DNA of 64,000 bases from Neocallimastix sp. 'constans' (taxonomy: Eukaryota). The position numbers and the translations under genes were made by a program. The stretch's first letter is position 1. Each line of letters begins with the position of its first letter. The stretch lies in assembly GCA_050613775.1 (NCBI GenBank), contig JBODTK010000135.1:62001-126000 (forward strand). Direction: 5' to 3'. The notes under the pieces were generated by a model. It worked only from the letters and a program-made list of their open reading frames with translations, made no database searches and was not told the origin of the DNA. Below, piece after piece: positions 1-12,846 of the stretch.

Positions 1-296
1 CCATAATTTTATTAATTTTATTATAAAAATTACATGTAGGTAAAAAGTACATTTGAAATTAAAAATAAAAAAAAAAATTTAAAAAATAAAAAATAAAAAA
101 GCTCAAAAAATACTATGCAAGTTGTACTATGCGGGAATTTTCTCTTCCTAACAAATAAAAAAGAAATAAAACCAAGAAGTAACATCTTTAAAATAAATAG
201 TGTGGTGTCCACTAAATTCTACACGGATTCATCATTTATTGAAATTCTATGTCGAGATTTACCCTTCGTAGAAATAGATAATGATCATGTATTATC

Positions 297-1125
297 ATTA
301 TACCTTATCAGTATGATAGTCGACGCTCTTGGTTAAGCTCGGTATTTTGGAATACCTATCAAATAATAGCTCCAAACGAACTACTTATGATAAGTATTGC
401 GCTAGTTAAGAATTCCACCAAGCCCATTATTTTTGGAACAGGTGACTCAGATGAACCTTTGGAAAGTACTTCATTTAATTGTCTTTGTTCCCCTCTATCG
501 AAATGTAGCTCGTTTAAAGCTAAAGTTCCACCAAGAAGGAACAAGTATATATAATGATTGATATAATCTTCAAAATCAGAAATAGAGTCATAGGACGAAA
601 GAGGATTTAACGCTCTAATCTTCCTTACGAACAAAACATAGAGATCATCGATAAAATTTAAAGAATTCCATCTAAAAATGCAAGTGCATTGCATTTAAAA
701 ATCTAATGCTCAAAAGATTGATTACCTTCCCCACAACAGGGGCAAGTCTTGGGACAATCATCTGAAACTCTATCTATTCTAATAGCAATAGTAATATTGT
801 ATTTATAACTACAGTGTAAATATATAATCCACGAAAACCCTAAGTTGAATTGGGAATATTTTAAACTAACCATTATTATATCTTTATTATTTGAGAACTT
901 GTTATTATCGTAATTTTGACCATTAATACCTTGAAATTTGGAAACTGATTTCCAGTAACGTTCTAAAATATCGTCATATTTCACACATTTATTTTTTTTT
1001 TGATTTTTTTATACAGTGTTCTAGATTCTTTAGTTCAGAAATAATAAAGCATTTTGGAAATATATTTAATGAGATCCTTTATAATGCAGTTAGATTTACT
1101 CCATTTTACAAACAAAAATGTTGAT
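297..1125 (-). mobile_element. Degenerate 5'-truncated non-LTR retrotransposon (LINE) ORF2 3' end with a zf-RVT-like Cys/His motif
   Basis: Minus-strand fragments join through a stop and frameshifts: KWSKSNCIIKDLIKY..*TKESRTLYKK ... DCPKTCPCCGEGNQSFEH*IFKC (TAG probably from TGG) / FRWNSLNFIDDL..YLFLLGG.. / LLFDRYSKIPSLTKSVD. C-x2-C..EH..C is typical of the zinc knuckle after LINE RT. GC is higher than the flanks and no introns are apparent. Confidence 0.7.
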
Positions 1126-1186
1126 TGATATATAATTATTACATTATTAAAATATTTTACTTTATTATAATAATTTAATTAAATCT

Positions 1187-1187
1187 A

Positions 1188-1218
<31 letters not shown>

Positions 1219-1223
1219 TACTA

Positions 1224-1254
<31 letters not shown>

Positions 1255-1257
1255 TAC

Positions 1258-1314
<57 letters not shown>

Positions 1315-1329
1315 TATTATTATTATTAC

Positions 1330-1390
<61 letters not shown>

Positions 1391-1417
1391 GTCAGTTGTT
1401 GTTGTTGTTGTTGTTGT
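1187..1417. repeat. (ATT)n/(GTT)n compound microsatellite
   Basis: Directly visible trinucleotide runs; source of the spurious poly-I and poly-N ORFs. Confidence 0.95.
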
Positions 1418-1818
1418 TTTAAATATTTGCACAAATATTGACAAAAAAAATGAAATAAAAAATTTTTTAGAAAATAATTTATAAACAAAAATATTTTTAT
1501 AATATATTTAATATTTTTTATTTGTATATTTTATTAATTTATTAATTTATTATTACATGTGTTTTATATATATATATATATATTTTCTAACTTTTCTAAC
1601 TTTAACAGTTTTATTTATTTATTTATTTATTATATTATATTTTTTTTTTTTTTTTGTTAAATTTTATTTCACTTCTTTTTTTTTCTCTATATATATTTAT
1701 TTTTCCTTAAAAATTATTAATTAAAATGGTATATTATAAAAAAAAATATTATCTATAAATTTATGAATAAATTATATTTAAAAAAATTTTTTTTAATAAT
1801 TTTCTTTTTTTTTTTTTT

Positions 1819-3687
1819 TTATAATTTTTTATTTAAATAATTTATTTCATCTTCTAAAACAAAATAATTATTGCAATTGGTCAAAGATCTACCGTTATTA
1901 GATAAATTTCTTATTAGTAGATCATCATAATCAGATATAAATTTATTATTACTATTAGATAGATTATCTTTTGGTAATTCATGAGATATATGATTTTTAA
2001 TTATATCCCTTTGATTATTATAACTATCATTATTCTTTGCTTTCAAACTATTTTCATAATTCTTGTAATCAACAAAATCACTGTAATTGTTGTTTGATTT
2101 ATTAAAATGAAATTTATATAAACTACTTTGATGAGACGATGATTGATTACCAGTAATTACTGAATTAGATTTGTTATCAACATAATAATTACCAGATGAC
2201 ATACTAGAAGGTAAAGTAACTCTTCTTGTGTCTTCATCATCATTTTTATGTAATAATAAAATTTGATCTATAAAAATCATAAAATATTGAACATTAGTAA
2301 TTGATTGACGAATTTCATCAAAGGAAAAGTTTAATTTATGATAGTTATAAGCTTTGAAGAAGTATATTTTTAACATAAGAGTAATCGATATAATTGGTAA
2401 GAAAGCAAAGCATATAAAAGTAGAAACAAGTATTCTATACTGAGAAAGCATTTTAAATTTTTTAATAAAGCCAATATTTGATTGACTTATTTTTGATAGA
2501 TTTTTTCTCAATACATAATACACCGAAAAATCATATATAACGGAGGTATAAATAATAAGTATTTGAATATACCAATATGGAAAGTAAAATTTATCTACAG
2601 TATCTTGATCATATACCCCATCCTTATCATAGAGTTGGGATGGAAGAAGTTTATAATGATATACAAACAAAGATATCTTTGAAAAATTAAATAATCCACA
2701 AGTAAAATAAACTAAAAGAATAGATTTTTTATCCCATGACATTGCTTTTGTTCTAAATAATGGATACCAATCTCCGACAATTTCGCCTGTACACCACAGC
2801 GTACATCCTATTTGTCTTGTTAAAAACCATCTTAACGGATGTCTTTCAGGATTACTTGAATCATATCTACATTTAAAACCAATAAAATTATTTTCATTGT
2901 CAAAAATCCTTTCATTGGCATAATAGCGTGGCATTAAATCACCAAATTTATCTATTACATCACCTAAAGATCTGAATAAATATAGCAAATAATAATAATA
3001 TTTTAAGAAATAAAAGAAGAATTTATAAATATAAAAATAAAATAATAATAAGTGATACAATATATATATTTATAATTTATATATAAGATAGTTTTATATA
3101 TTTAATAAAGTTATAATAAATTTTTTAATTTTTTTTATTATTTTATTTTATTTTTATTAATACTCTATTCTTTTATACCACTCTTTATTTTTTATTTTTA
3201 TTAATACTTTATTTTATTATATTACTTCATTCTTTATTTTATTTTATTTTTATTAATAATTTACTCCTTTATATTACTTCACTATTTATTTTATTTTATT
3301 TTATTATTTTATTATTTAAAAAAAAAAAAAAAAAAAAAAAAAATAAAATTAAAAATATATTATATAAAATATTTGAATTGTTTATAATTACCGTAATATA
3401 AAATGAGCCAGTATAATTTTCATTACAGGTTTTTTAAAATTAAATTTATGTAGAATAAATATTAGAATTGTCCAGTAAAAGAAGGTAAACTGTAATGGTC
3501 TATGTAAAGCATATATAATTGTTCGAATGTCATTAATTTTATTATTTAAAATTGTTTCATTATCAAGACTATTGATATATTCTAAATAACAATCATAATT
3601 AGTTCCTTTACTAAATAACCATTGCAAATTTGTTGCTTTAGTTCCATTTTCTATAAAATATTTTCTATCTAGTAAATTTGAATTCAT
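1819..3687 (-). CDS. 7TM receptor-like membrane protein, paralog A (~482 aa; exons 3687-3392, 2971-1819)
   Basis: A phase-2 intron (CG|GTAATT...TTCAG|A) gives HFILR-SLGDVIDKFG. About seven hydrophobic segments, conserved GEIxxDWYxLxRT and QYFxIFIDQILL motifs, and an Asn/Ser-rich C-tail. Clear similarity to paralogs B and C. Confidence 0.88.
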
Positions 3688-5842
3688 ATTTGTATTGCAA
3701 TTTTAAAAGAATATGAAATTCTATATATATATATATATATTTTATATTTATTCTTATTATATTTTTTCAATTATTGAATCTTACTTTTTATATAAATTTA
3801 ATTTCGAAATAATTTGTGTTTTAATTTTTATTCAATTTTTATTTAGTTTTTAGCTTTAATATTATCAAAATATTAAATTTACTCTAATTTTATTTTTTAT
3901 TTATTTATTTTTTTTTTAAATATACTAATATTAATATGTAATTTATTTATAATATTAATAAGAAAAGTTTTAAGTAATTGTATATTTTTTAAAAAATTTT
4001 AATAAATTTTAAAATATTATTATACTACATTTTATTCGAAAATATTAAAATTCTTTAATAAATTTATATAAAAATTTAGAGAAATATTTTATGACACAAC
4101 AAGCATACTTTTTATTCTGTTTTATTTTATTTTTTATTTTTTTTTTTTTTTATTATTATAAAAATTATTAATAATTAATTAAAGGGAATGTTATAATCAT
4201 TTAATAATAATTTTTAAAAAAATCCGTTAAGATATTTAAATATCCATAATAGCAATTATTTTAATTAAAAAAAAAAAAATTTTTTTTTTAGTTATTGTAT
4301 AAATATACATATTTTATTATTAGATAAACTTTTTATTTTTATATTTTAATTAAAAAAAGTTTTTTTAATAATTTTATTTTTATATTTTAATAAAAAGTGT
4401 ATTGTTTAAAATGATTTTTAATTATAAAATATATATATATATGAAATTCTAATAAAGCATCTAAATTAAAATATAATAATATATTCTTTATTTATAATTA
4501 ATAATCCTTTCTTTTTTTTAAATATTTACAAAAGAAATATTTGATTAATATAAATAATTACATATATAATTAATTAATTGATTAATTAATTGGAATTCAT
4601 AATAATATATAAGTACAATATGTCTTTAATATTGAACTTCTATTTTGCTTTTCGATTAATTTTATTTTATTAAATTATAATTTCTCTTTGAAATGATTTT
4701 AAAAAGTAAATTATCTTATTTTATTTTTAATTAATAAATATTATAAACACATTCAATGACTTCAATTTTAATAGAATTTATTCAATGAATATAGAAATTT
4801 ATTATAAATCAAATATTAAATCATAAATATAAAATATTGTACACCTTAACATTTTTAATTTTTTTTTCTTAAACTTTAAATATTATTTTTTTTTTCTGCT
4901 ATAATATGGTATATCTAAACATTTTTATTTGTTTTTTTTTTTATAAATCTATGAATATTATTTTTTTTCTATTATTATTTATACTTTTTATTTTTATTGT
5001 TTTTTTTTTTTTTTTAAAAAAAGCTTTTAGAATTTTATATATATCTGCATAAACATATATAGTACTTTTCTTTTACACAATATTCATATAATTAATAATT
5101 AAATAAATAAAGATTAAAGTTCACAATAAATGCGGCTTTAAAAAAAAAATTACACAATACTAAATATATATTTATATACTTTAAGTGAAACCTTGATCGG
5201 TATTATATTCAATATATGGGTTACCATAAACATATATGATATATTCCACAGCCACAATGCTTTCAAATTTATTAACTAATTCGGCTTCGACCTTCACTTT
5301 TTAATCTCTAAGGTTTAACAATCATATATGAGAAAATGCGGCTTGAACAAAATCGAAGGATATTCATGTTTTTAATTAAAATTGATGAATAGTTACATTC
5401 CTCTCAGTTAACTAGATTTATTAGAATATGAAATGTATTATAGTATTCTTTGCTCATCCTAAGTACAGAAACCTTAGCACAAGAATAGAGTCCGAGACAA
5501 TATATTTTTCTTTAAATATCACTTTTAAACTATATGTCACATATTATAAGTGCATTTAATTTACTAATAAAAAAAAAATTTAGTATACAATGATATAACT
5601 TAATTTTCTTATAAATTATATATTATTCATTTTATTTCTATTGAATTATGAATAACTATTTAATTTTCTTTTTTAATTTATACATCTATTTTATTTAAAT
5701 TAATTTTTGTGTGACGTGACATTATTTTATGACACAAAATGAGTAACACTAAAAAACTTTTTTTTTTTTATTATTGTATTAATAATATTATTGTTTTAAA
5801 ATAAATTAACAATATATTTATATTTAATTATTTAAATACTAT

Positions 5843-5873
<31 letters not shown>

Positions 5874-6499
5874 TGTATTTATTTATTTATTTATATTTAA
5901 TTTATTTATTTATTTATTTATTTATATTTTGTTTATTTGTTTATTTGTTTATTTATATTTTTATATTTATATTTCCATATTAATTTTTTTATTTCATATA
6001 ATATTTTTTTTGTTTTCCATATTAACTGCTTTTTATATTAATTATTTTTTTTTTCTATATTAATTTTTTATTATTTTGTTATGAATTGTAGTTTTGGACT
6101 TACATACATATAAATTAAAAAAATATAAATAAAAAAAAAAAAAAAAAAGATACAAAAATTTCACAACATAAAATTTTTAATTTTATTAAATTATTATTAA
6201 AAATAATAAATACTAATTGTAAATTAAAAAAGTGTGTTTTTTATTTAATATTTCTATATCTATATATATTATTTATGAGTTGTATAAGTAAATGGTGGAA
6301 ATAGAAAATGTTTATCCTCTCTTTATACAAGATATCATGTTTTCTTGACATTCTTTTGGGTTATACTTAAAATAATTTATCATTTAAGTGGGTGTGTTAA
6401 ATTTCACCAAGTTGCATTTTACTAAATTTTTATTTTTCATTGTTATAAGCACGTTGCATTTGCTTTCAGTCTAAGTGACATACTAACATAAATAAACAA

Positions 6500-6830
6500 A
6501 TAAAAATAAAAAATTTTTAAAAATAAAAAATTAATAAAAATTAAAAAATAAAAAATAAAAAATAAAAAATAAAAAATAAAAAATAAAAAATAAAAAATAA
6601 AAAATAAAAAATAAAAAATAAAAAATAAAAAATAAAAAATAAAAAATAAAAAATAAAAAATAAAAAATAAAAAATAAAAAATAAAAAATAAAAAATAAAA
6701 AATAAAAAATAAAAAATAAAAAATAAAAAATAAAAAATAAAAAATAAAAAATAAAAAATAAAAAATAAAAAATAAAAAATAAAAAATAAAAAATAAAAAA
6801 TAAAAAATAAAAAATAAAAAATAAAAAAAT
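6500..6830. repeat. (AAAAATA)n heptanucleotide tandem repeat
   Basis: Long visible 7-bp periodic array. Confidence 0.95.
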
Positions 6831-6949
6831 TATTTAAAAAAAAAATTGATAAAAATAAAAAAAAAATTAATACACAAAAAAAAATCAACTAATATATATA
6901 TAACTTTTTATTTAATAATTAGAATAATATTTATTTAATAATCAATATA

Positions 6950-7400
6950 ATAATAATCAGAACATTGTATTTTATTATTGTCTTATTAATAGTTCATAAA
7001 AAAAAAAACATTCAGAGTCCGAATTTTATGTATAATATATATATTCAAAACCTTCAGGATTATCATTTTTATGAAATTTTGAACATTCTTTATTTTGTAG
7101 AAATATATCCTCATATGAACAAGATTTAACAATATATTTTTTAATATTACCATTTTCATCTTGAAATTTAGTATACATTTTAGGATTATCGTTTTTAAAA
7201 CTAATACAATTACTATCTCTACAATAATAATTATGTCTATTGTTCGTATTACCTATACTTATAGTATCTTTTGGTACAGCATTGTCGCTATATTCTTGAA
7301 TATAATTTTCTGAGATATATTCAGAATTGATTGTTATATAACACATTAATATACTGTTTGAAAGTATATAAACTATATAATATATATTGTATAAATATCT
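6950..7400 (-). pseudogene. Probable decayed small Cys-rich protein gene
   Basis: The ORF at 7026-7346 (YYCRDSNCISF..FQDENGNIKKYIVKSCSYED..KECS) continues past an in-frame TAA as NSDSECF, then frameshifts at a poly-T run. I could not read a signal peptide upstream. Confidence 0.4.
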
Positions 7401-8159
7401 AGTAATAATATTATATAATAATTTGTATTTTAAATTAATTTTATTCGATTGTTTTAAAAAAAATACTAATTAAAAAAAAAATATATAAATATTTATATAT
7501 TTTTAATTATTTGATAATAATTGATATATTAGTAATAATAGTGTAGTATAGGGTTACAATATATCGAATTATTATTATTATATTTTAAGATTACAGAAAA
7601 TATTTTTAAAATTAATTACTATAAACGTTATAAAAAAAAGTTATTCTAAAACTATAAAATATATTGTTGTTAATTGTAATTTTTAATAATTAAAATTAAA
7701 GAAGATACATTGAAAATATTAAATTACATATTATTTTATATTCCACATATTATACATATACATTCATACCATATGATCAATAATACACAACTCTATTTTA
7801 TATTATAAATTTATGCATTAATGTTTACTTATTAAATTGTTTATTCTTTATTATATTTATCTAATATAATATCTGAAGTTTTAATTACTAGAATAAATAT
7901 TAAATATGTCGTCCAAACATATTTTAATAATATTTGAATATTAGATTTTTTTTTATATTTTTTTTTAAAAAAAAAAAGTAATAAAAATATTTTTAAATAA
8001 AAATTAATAAAAATATTATTAAATAATATAACTATTATTATTAAAGTTGAAATCAATATTTGTATTTATTTTAGTTGTTTTAGTTGATAGTACCTATTTA
8101 TTTCAGCTGTTTTAGTAAAGGTAAAGGCAATTCTATTACAGGTGAATATTTGAATTAGA

Positions 8160-8385
8160 CCACACATTGAAAAAATCATATATGTTTAGTGATGATAAAT
8201 GTGTAAATTTTTATTTTTGTGAAAACGTATTAATGGCGGATTATTTAGTATTACGAATCATTTAAGAAAATGTTACTTAAGAAATTATCGTTTGCCTGAA
8301 GAATTCAGTGATATAAATAATCCTGATGATTGTTCAATTTTGAATGCCTGGAACACTATAGATATGATTGCATATGTTTAACGAT
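8160..8385 (+). mobile_element. Relic of a BED-type zinc finger, possibly a hAT transposase N-terminus
   Basis: With a 1-nt frameshift it reads DDKCVN(F)YFCE/KRINGGLFSITNHLRKCYLRNYRLPEEF, a C-x2-C..NHLRKC pattern with one Cys apparently mutated (TGT>TTT). Confidence 0.4.
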
Positions 8386-8414
8386 ATATTTTGCATTATT
8401 TTATTAATAAAATA

Positions 8415-8787
8415 TAGCTGTTTTGTTCAAAAAGGCATTCAAAATGAAAGCAATTGAATGGTTAAACGAAATGAAGTGAATGAAGACGAGTGAGAGATCA
8501 AGCATGTAACATAGTGAAGCTGCATAGAGGCTCGAGATCAGTCGAGAATGAGCGAAATGTAGTCAATGAGATTGTTTTTCATTCATAATATTCAGTGTTT
8601 TTAGGGTTATTTTGCATATAGTTTTTGATATATTTTAGCATAAAAACCATATTGTTGTTATATATTTTAAATATGGAGCCTTAATTAATAAATCAAATAT
8701 AGCATAGTTTTAGTATAAATGAATCATAAAACCCTATATGTTTATTAACAATCTGGAACGTATATAATTCAATGAACAAAACAGCTA
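8415..8787. mobile_element. MITE-like element with perfect 15-bp terminal inverted repeats
   Basis: TAGCTGTTTTGTTCA (8415-8429) is the exact reverse complement of TGAACAAAACAGCTA (8773-8787). The interior is GC-richer and non-coding. No 8-9 bp TSD is seen; the terminal TA could be the TSD. Confidence 0.6.
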
Positions 8788-9405
8788 AGATTTAATAATG
8801 ATCTTAGAAAATGTTATATTTTTTTATTAACCTTATTTTATCAATTTAAAAAACTGAATTATCTTAATATTAATTTATTATATTATAATATATAAAAATT
8901 TTTTATATATTTTCTCATAAATTATTTATATTTTATTATAAAAATTATAAAAATATAAAACAAAAAAAAAAAAAAGGTACTAAAATATATTAAAATATAT
9001 AATAATTATATGTTTTATTAAGTAATATTAATTTATTATATTATAAAATATAAAAATTTTTAAATATACTATTTAAGACTTAATATATATGAAATTTTAA
9101 TTTATATACATAGTAATTATATTTTTTCTTATAAATTGTCTAATTAAATTAATTTATATTATAGTGTAGAGTTATAAACTTCTAAAAATTTATATATACA
9201 TATATATATTCTCATAAATTATTTACATTTTATTATAAGAATTATAAAAATAAAAAAAAAAAAAAAAAGAATTTTAGATATATATATATTTTCATAAATT
9301 ATTTACATTTTATTATAAATATTATAAAAAAAAAAAAAGCACTAAAATATACACTAATTATATAATTTATTAAGAAATTTTTTTTATATTAATAAGGATT
9401 ATGAA

Positions 9406-10956
9406 TTATTTCAAATAATTCCACTTAGTATTGTCATTATTAGTATCATAATTTCCTAATGTGTTATTTTTATTAAATTTTTTTGTACCAAAGTTTAAGT
9501 TATTACTATTAATTGAATTATTATTACTATTGTTATATCTGACAGATAAATTAATATTTACATCATTACTATATTCGAAAATACTATTTTGGAAACTTTT
9601 ATTATTTAAAGTTACATTTGAAAAAGTACCACTATTATTATTTAGATTATGATAATGGAAGTTTGGATAACTTAAATTTGATTTTTTATCATATATTTTA
9701 GAATGAATAGATTCTTCCTTGGAAGAGTTTACTTTTTTGGAACTAATTAATAAAATTTGATCAATAAAAATCATAAAGTATTGAACATTAGCAATAGATT
9801 GTCTAATTTCATCAAATGAAAAATTTAAATCATGATAATGATATTTATTTAAATAGTAGAATTTGAAAATAATTGTAATTGAAATTAAAGGTAAAAATAG
9901 AATACTAATAATAGCAGATACAATAATTCTGTATTCAGAAATGGTTTTAAATTTCTTTAAGAATCCCGATTCTGTTTTTATTATTTTGAAAACATATTTT
10001 TTCAATACATAAAAAACGGAAATATCATAAATAACTGAGGAATAAATAATAATTAAATGAATAACCCAATATTTGAAATAAAAATAGTTCATTTGTTCTT
10101 TATTATAAACACCTTTTTCATTATATAATTTTGTTGGGCTGAAAGTAAAATGAAGAATAATAATAGCAATTTTTGATAAGTTAAAAACACCACAGGTAAA
10201 ATAAACTAGCCAAATTGACTTTTGATCTCTTGCAACAGCTCTTGTACGAAGTAAAGGATACCAATCACCAGCTATTTCACCCGTAAACCAAAACAGTATT
10301 GCTAATTGTCTTGTTATAAACCATTTTAATGGATGTCTTTCCTTTGCTGATGAATCATAAATACAGTCCATACTAATCTCAAGACCATTACTATCAAAAG
10401 CTGGGGTATTAGCATAGTATCGTGGTAATAAATCACCAATTTTATCTAAAACATCACCTGCTGTACTATTATTGTTATGTATATATTTAAAAAATATTGA
10501 TATATAAATAAATAAAATTATTAATGATTTAGTATTAAATAAATTTTTGTTAAGTAGATATTTTTTAATAAAAAAATATATATATATAAATAATTTATAT
10601 ATATTTTTATAATTATATATATATATATATATAATTAATTACCGTAATATAAAATGTGCTAAAATAATTTTCATTACTGGTTTTTTAAAGTTGAATTTAT
10701 GTAAGATAAATATTAACAAAGTCCAATAGAAAAATGTAAATTGAAGTGGCCTATGTATGGAATATATTATACCTCTAATAACATCAATTTTATTTTCTAA
10801 TTTATCTTCTTCCCCAAGAGAATCCAAATACCTTAAATAACAAGTAAAATTTGTTCCTTTACTAAATAACCATTCCATATAACTGGCTTGAGCCCCATTC
10901 TCTATAAAATATTTTCTCTCTAATTGAAGTTTGTTAATTTCAACTTGTGATAACAT
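9406..10956 (-). CDS. 7TM receptor-like membrane protein, paralog B (~457 aa; exons 10956-10643, 10465-9406)
   Basis: Same phase-2 intron position (CG|GTAATT...AATAG|T) gives HFILR-TAGDVLDKIGDLLPRYY. Carries WFTGEIAGDWYPLLRTRA and NVQYFMIFIDQILL. Confidence 0.88.
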
Positions 10957-12708
10957 TGTTTTTTTTTTAATATACTATTTTATATTAATTTTTAATTTTT
11001 TTTTTTTTTTATATACTTAAATGTAGGGAATCTTTTACTTTATCTATAACATATTAATAATTTATAATTTTTTTTTTTTTTCTTTTGACTTCCACTTTAT
11101 TATAGTTCTAATTTCGATTAAATATATATTTATATTAATGAATAATTAACTTTTTTTAATAAAAAAAAAAAAAAAAAAAATCATATTTATACATACAATT
11201 TATTCAAAAATTTTTTAAATTACTTTTTTTTCGGTTTATATACTATTTTATGAATAAATTAAAAATTCATATTCAACCAGTAACAATTAAATATAATTAA
11301 ATTTACCCAAAATAATAGCAAATAAAACCAAACGCAATGAAGACATATTTTTTTCAAATAATTTTACTATTTAAACTTTTTGAATCTAAAATTATTAATA
11401 AATTTACATAATTCTAATTTTAATTATTTTTTATGATGATTTTAAAATTTAATATTCTATTTATTAAATAAAGTAATTACTCCTTACGGAATTATGGAAA
11501 CAAAGAACAAAAAAAAAAAAAAATTATGATTAGTATTACTAATTACTATTATTAGTGTTATATTATTATTGACTAATAAGTCATTCATTTAAATAGATAA
11601 TATAAATTATTTATTAAAAAATCAAAATAACCAATAAAAAAAAATCATAAAATAAAAATAATTTATCTTTAATAATTAACTACTTATGAATTTATAAGAA
11701 ATATTATAATTTTAAAATGGCAACTGTTATATAAATTTAAATTATTTATATATATTAAAATTTTGTTATATATATACAATTTTTAAAATATGAAAAATTT
11801 TATTATTATAAAAGAAATTCTTAATAAAAAATTACATAGAACTATAATTATTATTAATTTTAAAAAGTTTTAATTATATTATTGAATAAAATATATATCA
11901 CGTGTATTAATTTAATTATTTTATTTTAATATTTTAAATTTAATAATAAAAAAAATTAAAAAAAAAAAAAAAAGTATTTTCTAATATAAAGACTAGAAAC
12001 ATTAAAATAATTATTTAATATTATTATTTATTGATAATTTAATAAACTAATTAATTATCAAAAGTTTTACTTTAACATTAAATAGTTTGATTTAACATTT
12101 AACAAAACTTTTTATAATTATTTAACCTAACATTATTTTTTTTAATGATTCGACTTAACATTTTGTAAAACATTTTTATTTATTATTTAAGCATTAATAT
12201 TTTATTGTTAAAAAAAGCAAATACATACCTTTAAAAAAAAAAAAAAAAAAAAAAGCATATACTTATCTTTAAAAAAAAATAAAATAAAATAAAATAAAAA
12301 TAAAAGATTATTAAATAGACTTTTTTCCATTTTTTAATTTTATATATTTATATATATATATTAAAAATTTTATATACAATTTCCTTTTATGAAAAGTGTA
12401 AAAAAAAATTATTCTTATTTTGGGGAATTAGAATTTATAATTTTCTTAAAGATAAAATTAATCTATTATTTATTCTAGAATTATTTACATTATATTTTTT
12501 TTTTACCTACTACATTTATAAAGTAATGAATATTAAAAAAATTAATTTTATGAAATTGTTGAAATGAAGTTAAATATATTTATTATTATTATTGTATCAT
12601 ATAATAATAAATCATAATCTAGAATATTTTTCAGATTCATATACAATTGTGCTATTGAGTAATAAATTTAAATGTGGCATATATTAATGATTATTAATAT
12701 ACAAAATG

Positions 12709-12739
<31 letters not shown>

Positions 12740-12812
12740 TTTAACTTTATTAGATTATTGGATTTAAACTATCTTATTCTTAGCTTATTTTCTACTAGAA
12801 CAATAGATATTT

Positions 12813-12846
12813 TAATTTGAAATTATATATATATAATTTCAAATTA
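12813..12846. repeat. Perfect 34-bp palindrome
   Basis: TAATTTGAAATTATATA followed directly by TATATAATTTCAAATTA. Confidence 0.8.

Noticed and set aside
1165..1488. Poly-I and poly-N ORFs
   Set aside because: Translations of the (ATT)n microsatellite.
2972..3060. N-terminal 30 residues of the 413-aa ORF
   Set aside because: Intronic; the true exon starts at the acceptor at 2971, as shown by the intron position shared with the paralogs.
6541..6888. F/Y/I/L-repeat ORF that looks like a membrane protein
   Set aside because: Product of the (AAAAATA)n repeat. The same applies to the ORFs at 26272-26598, 39328-39702, 40946-41131, 44698-44904 and 48579-48800.
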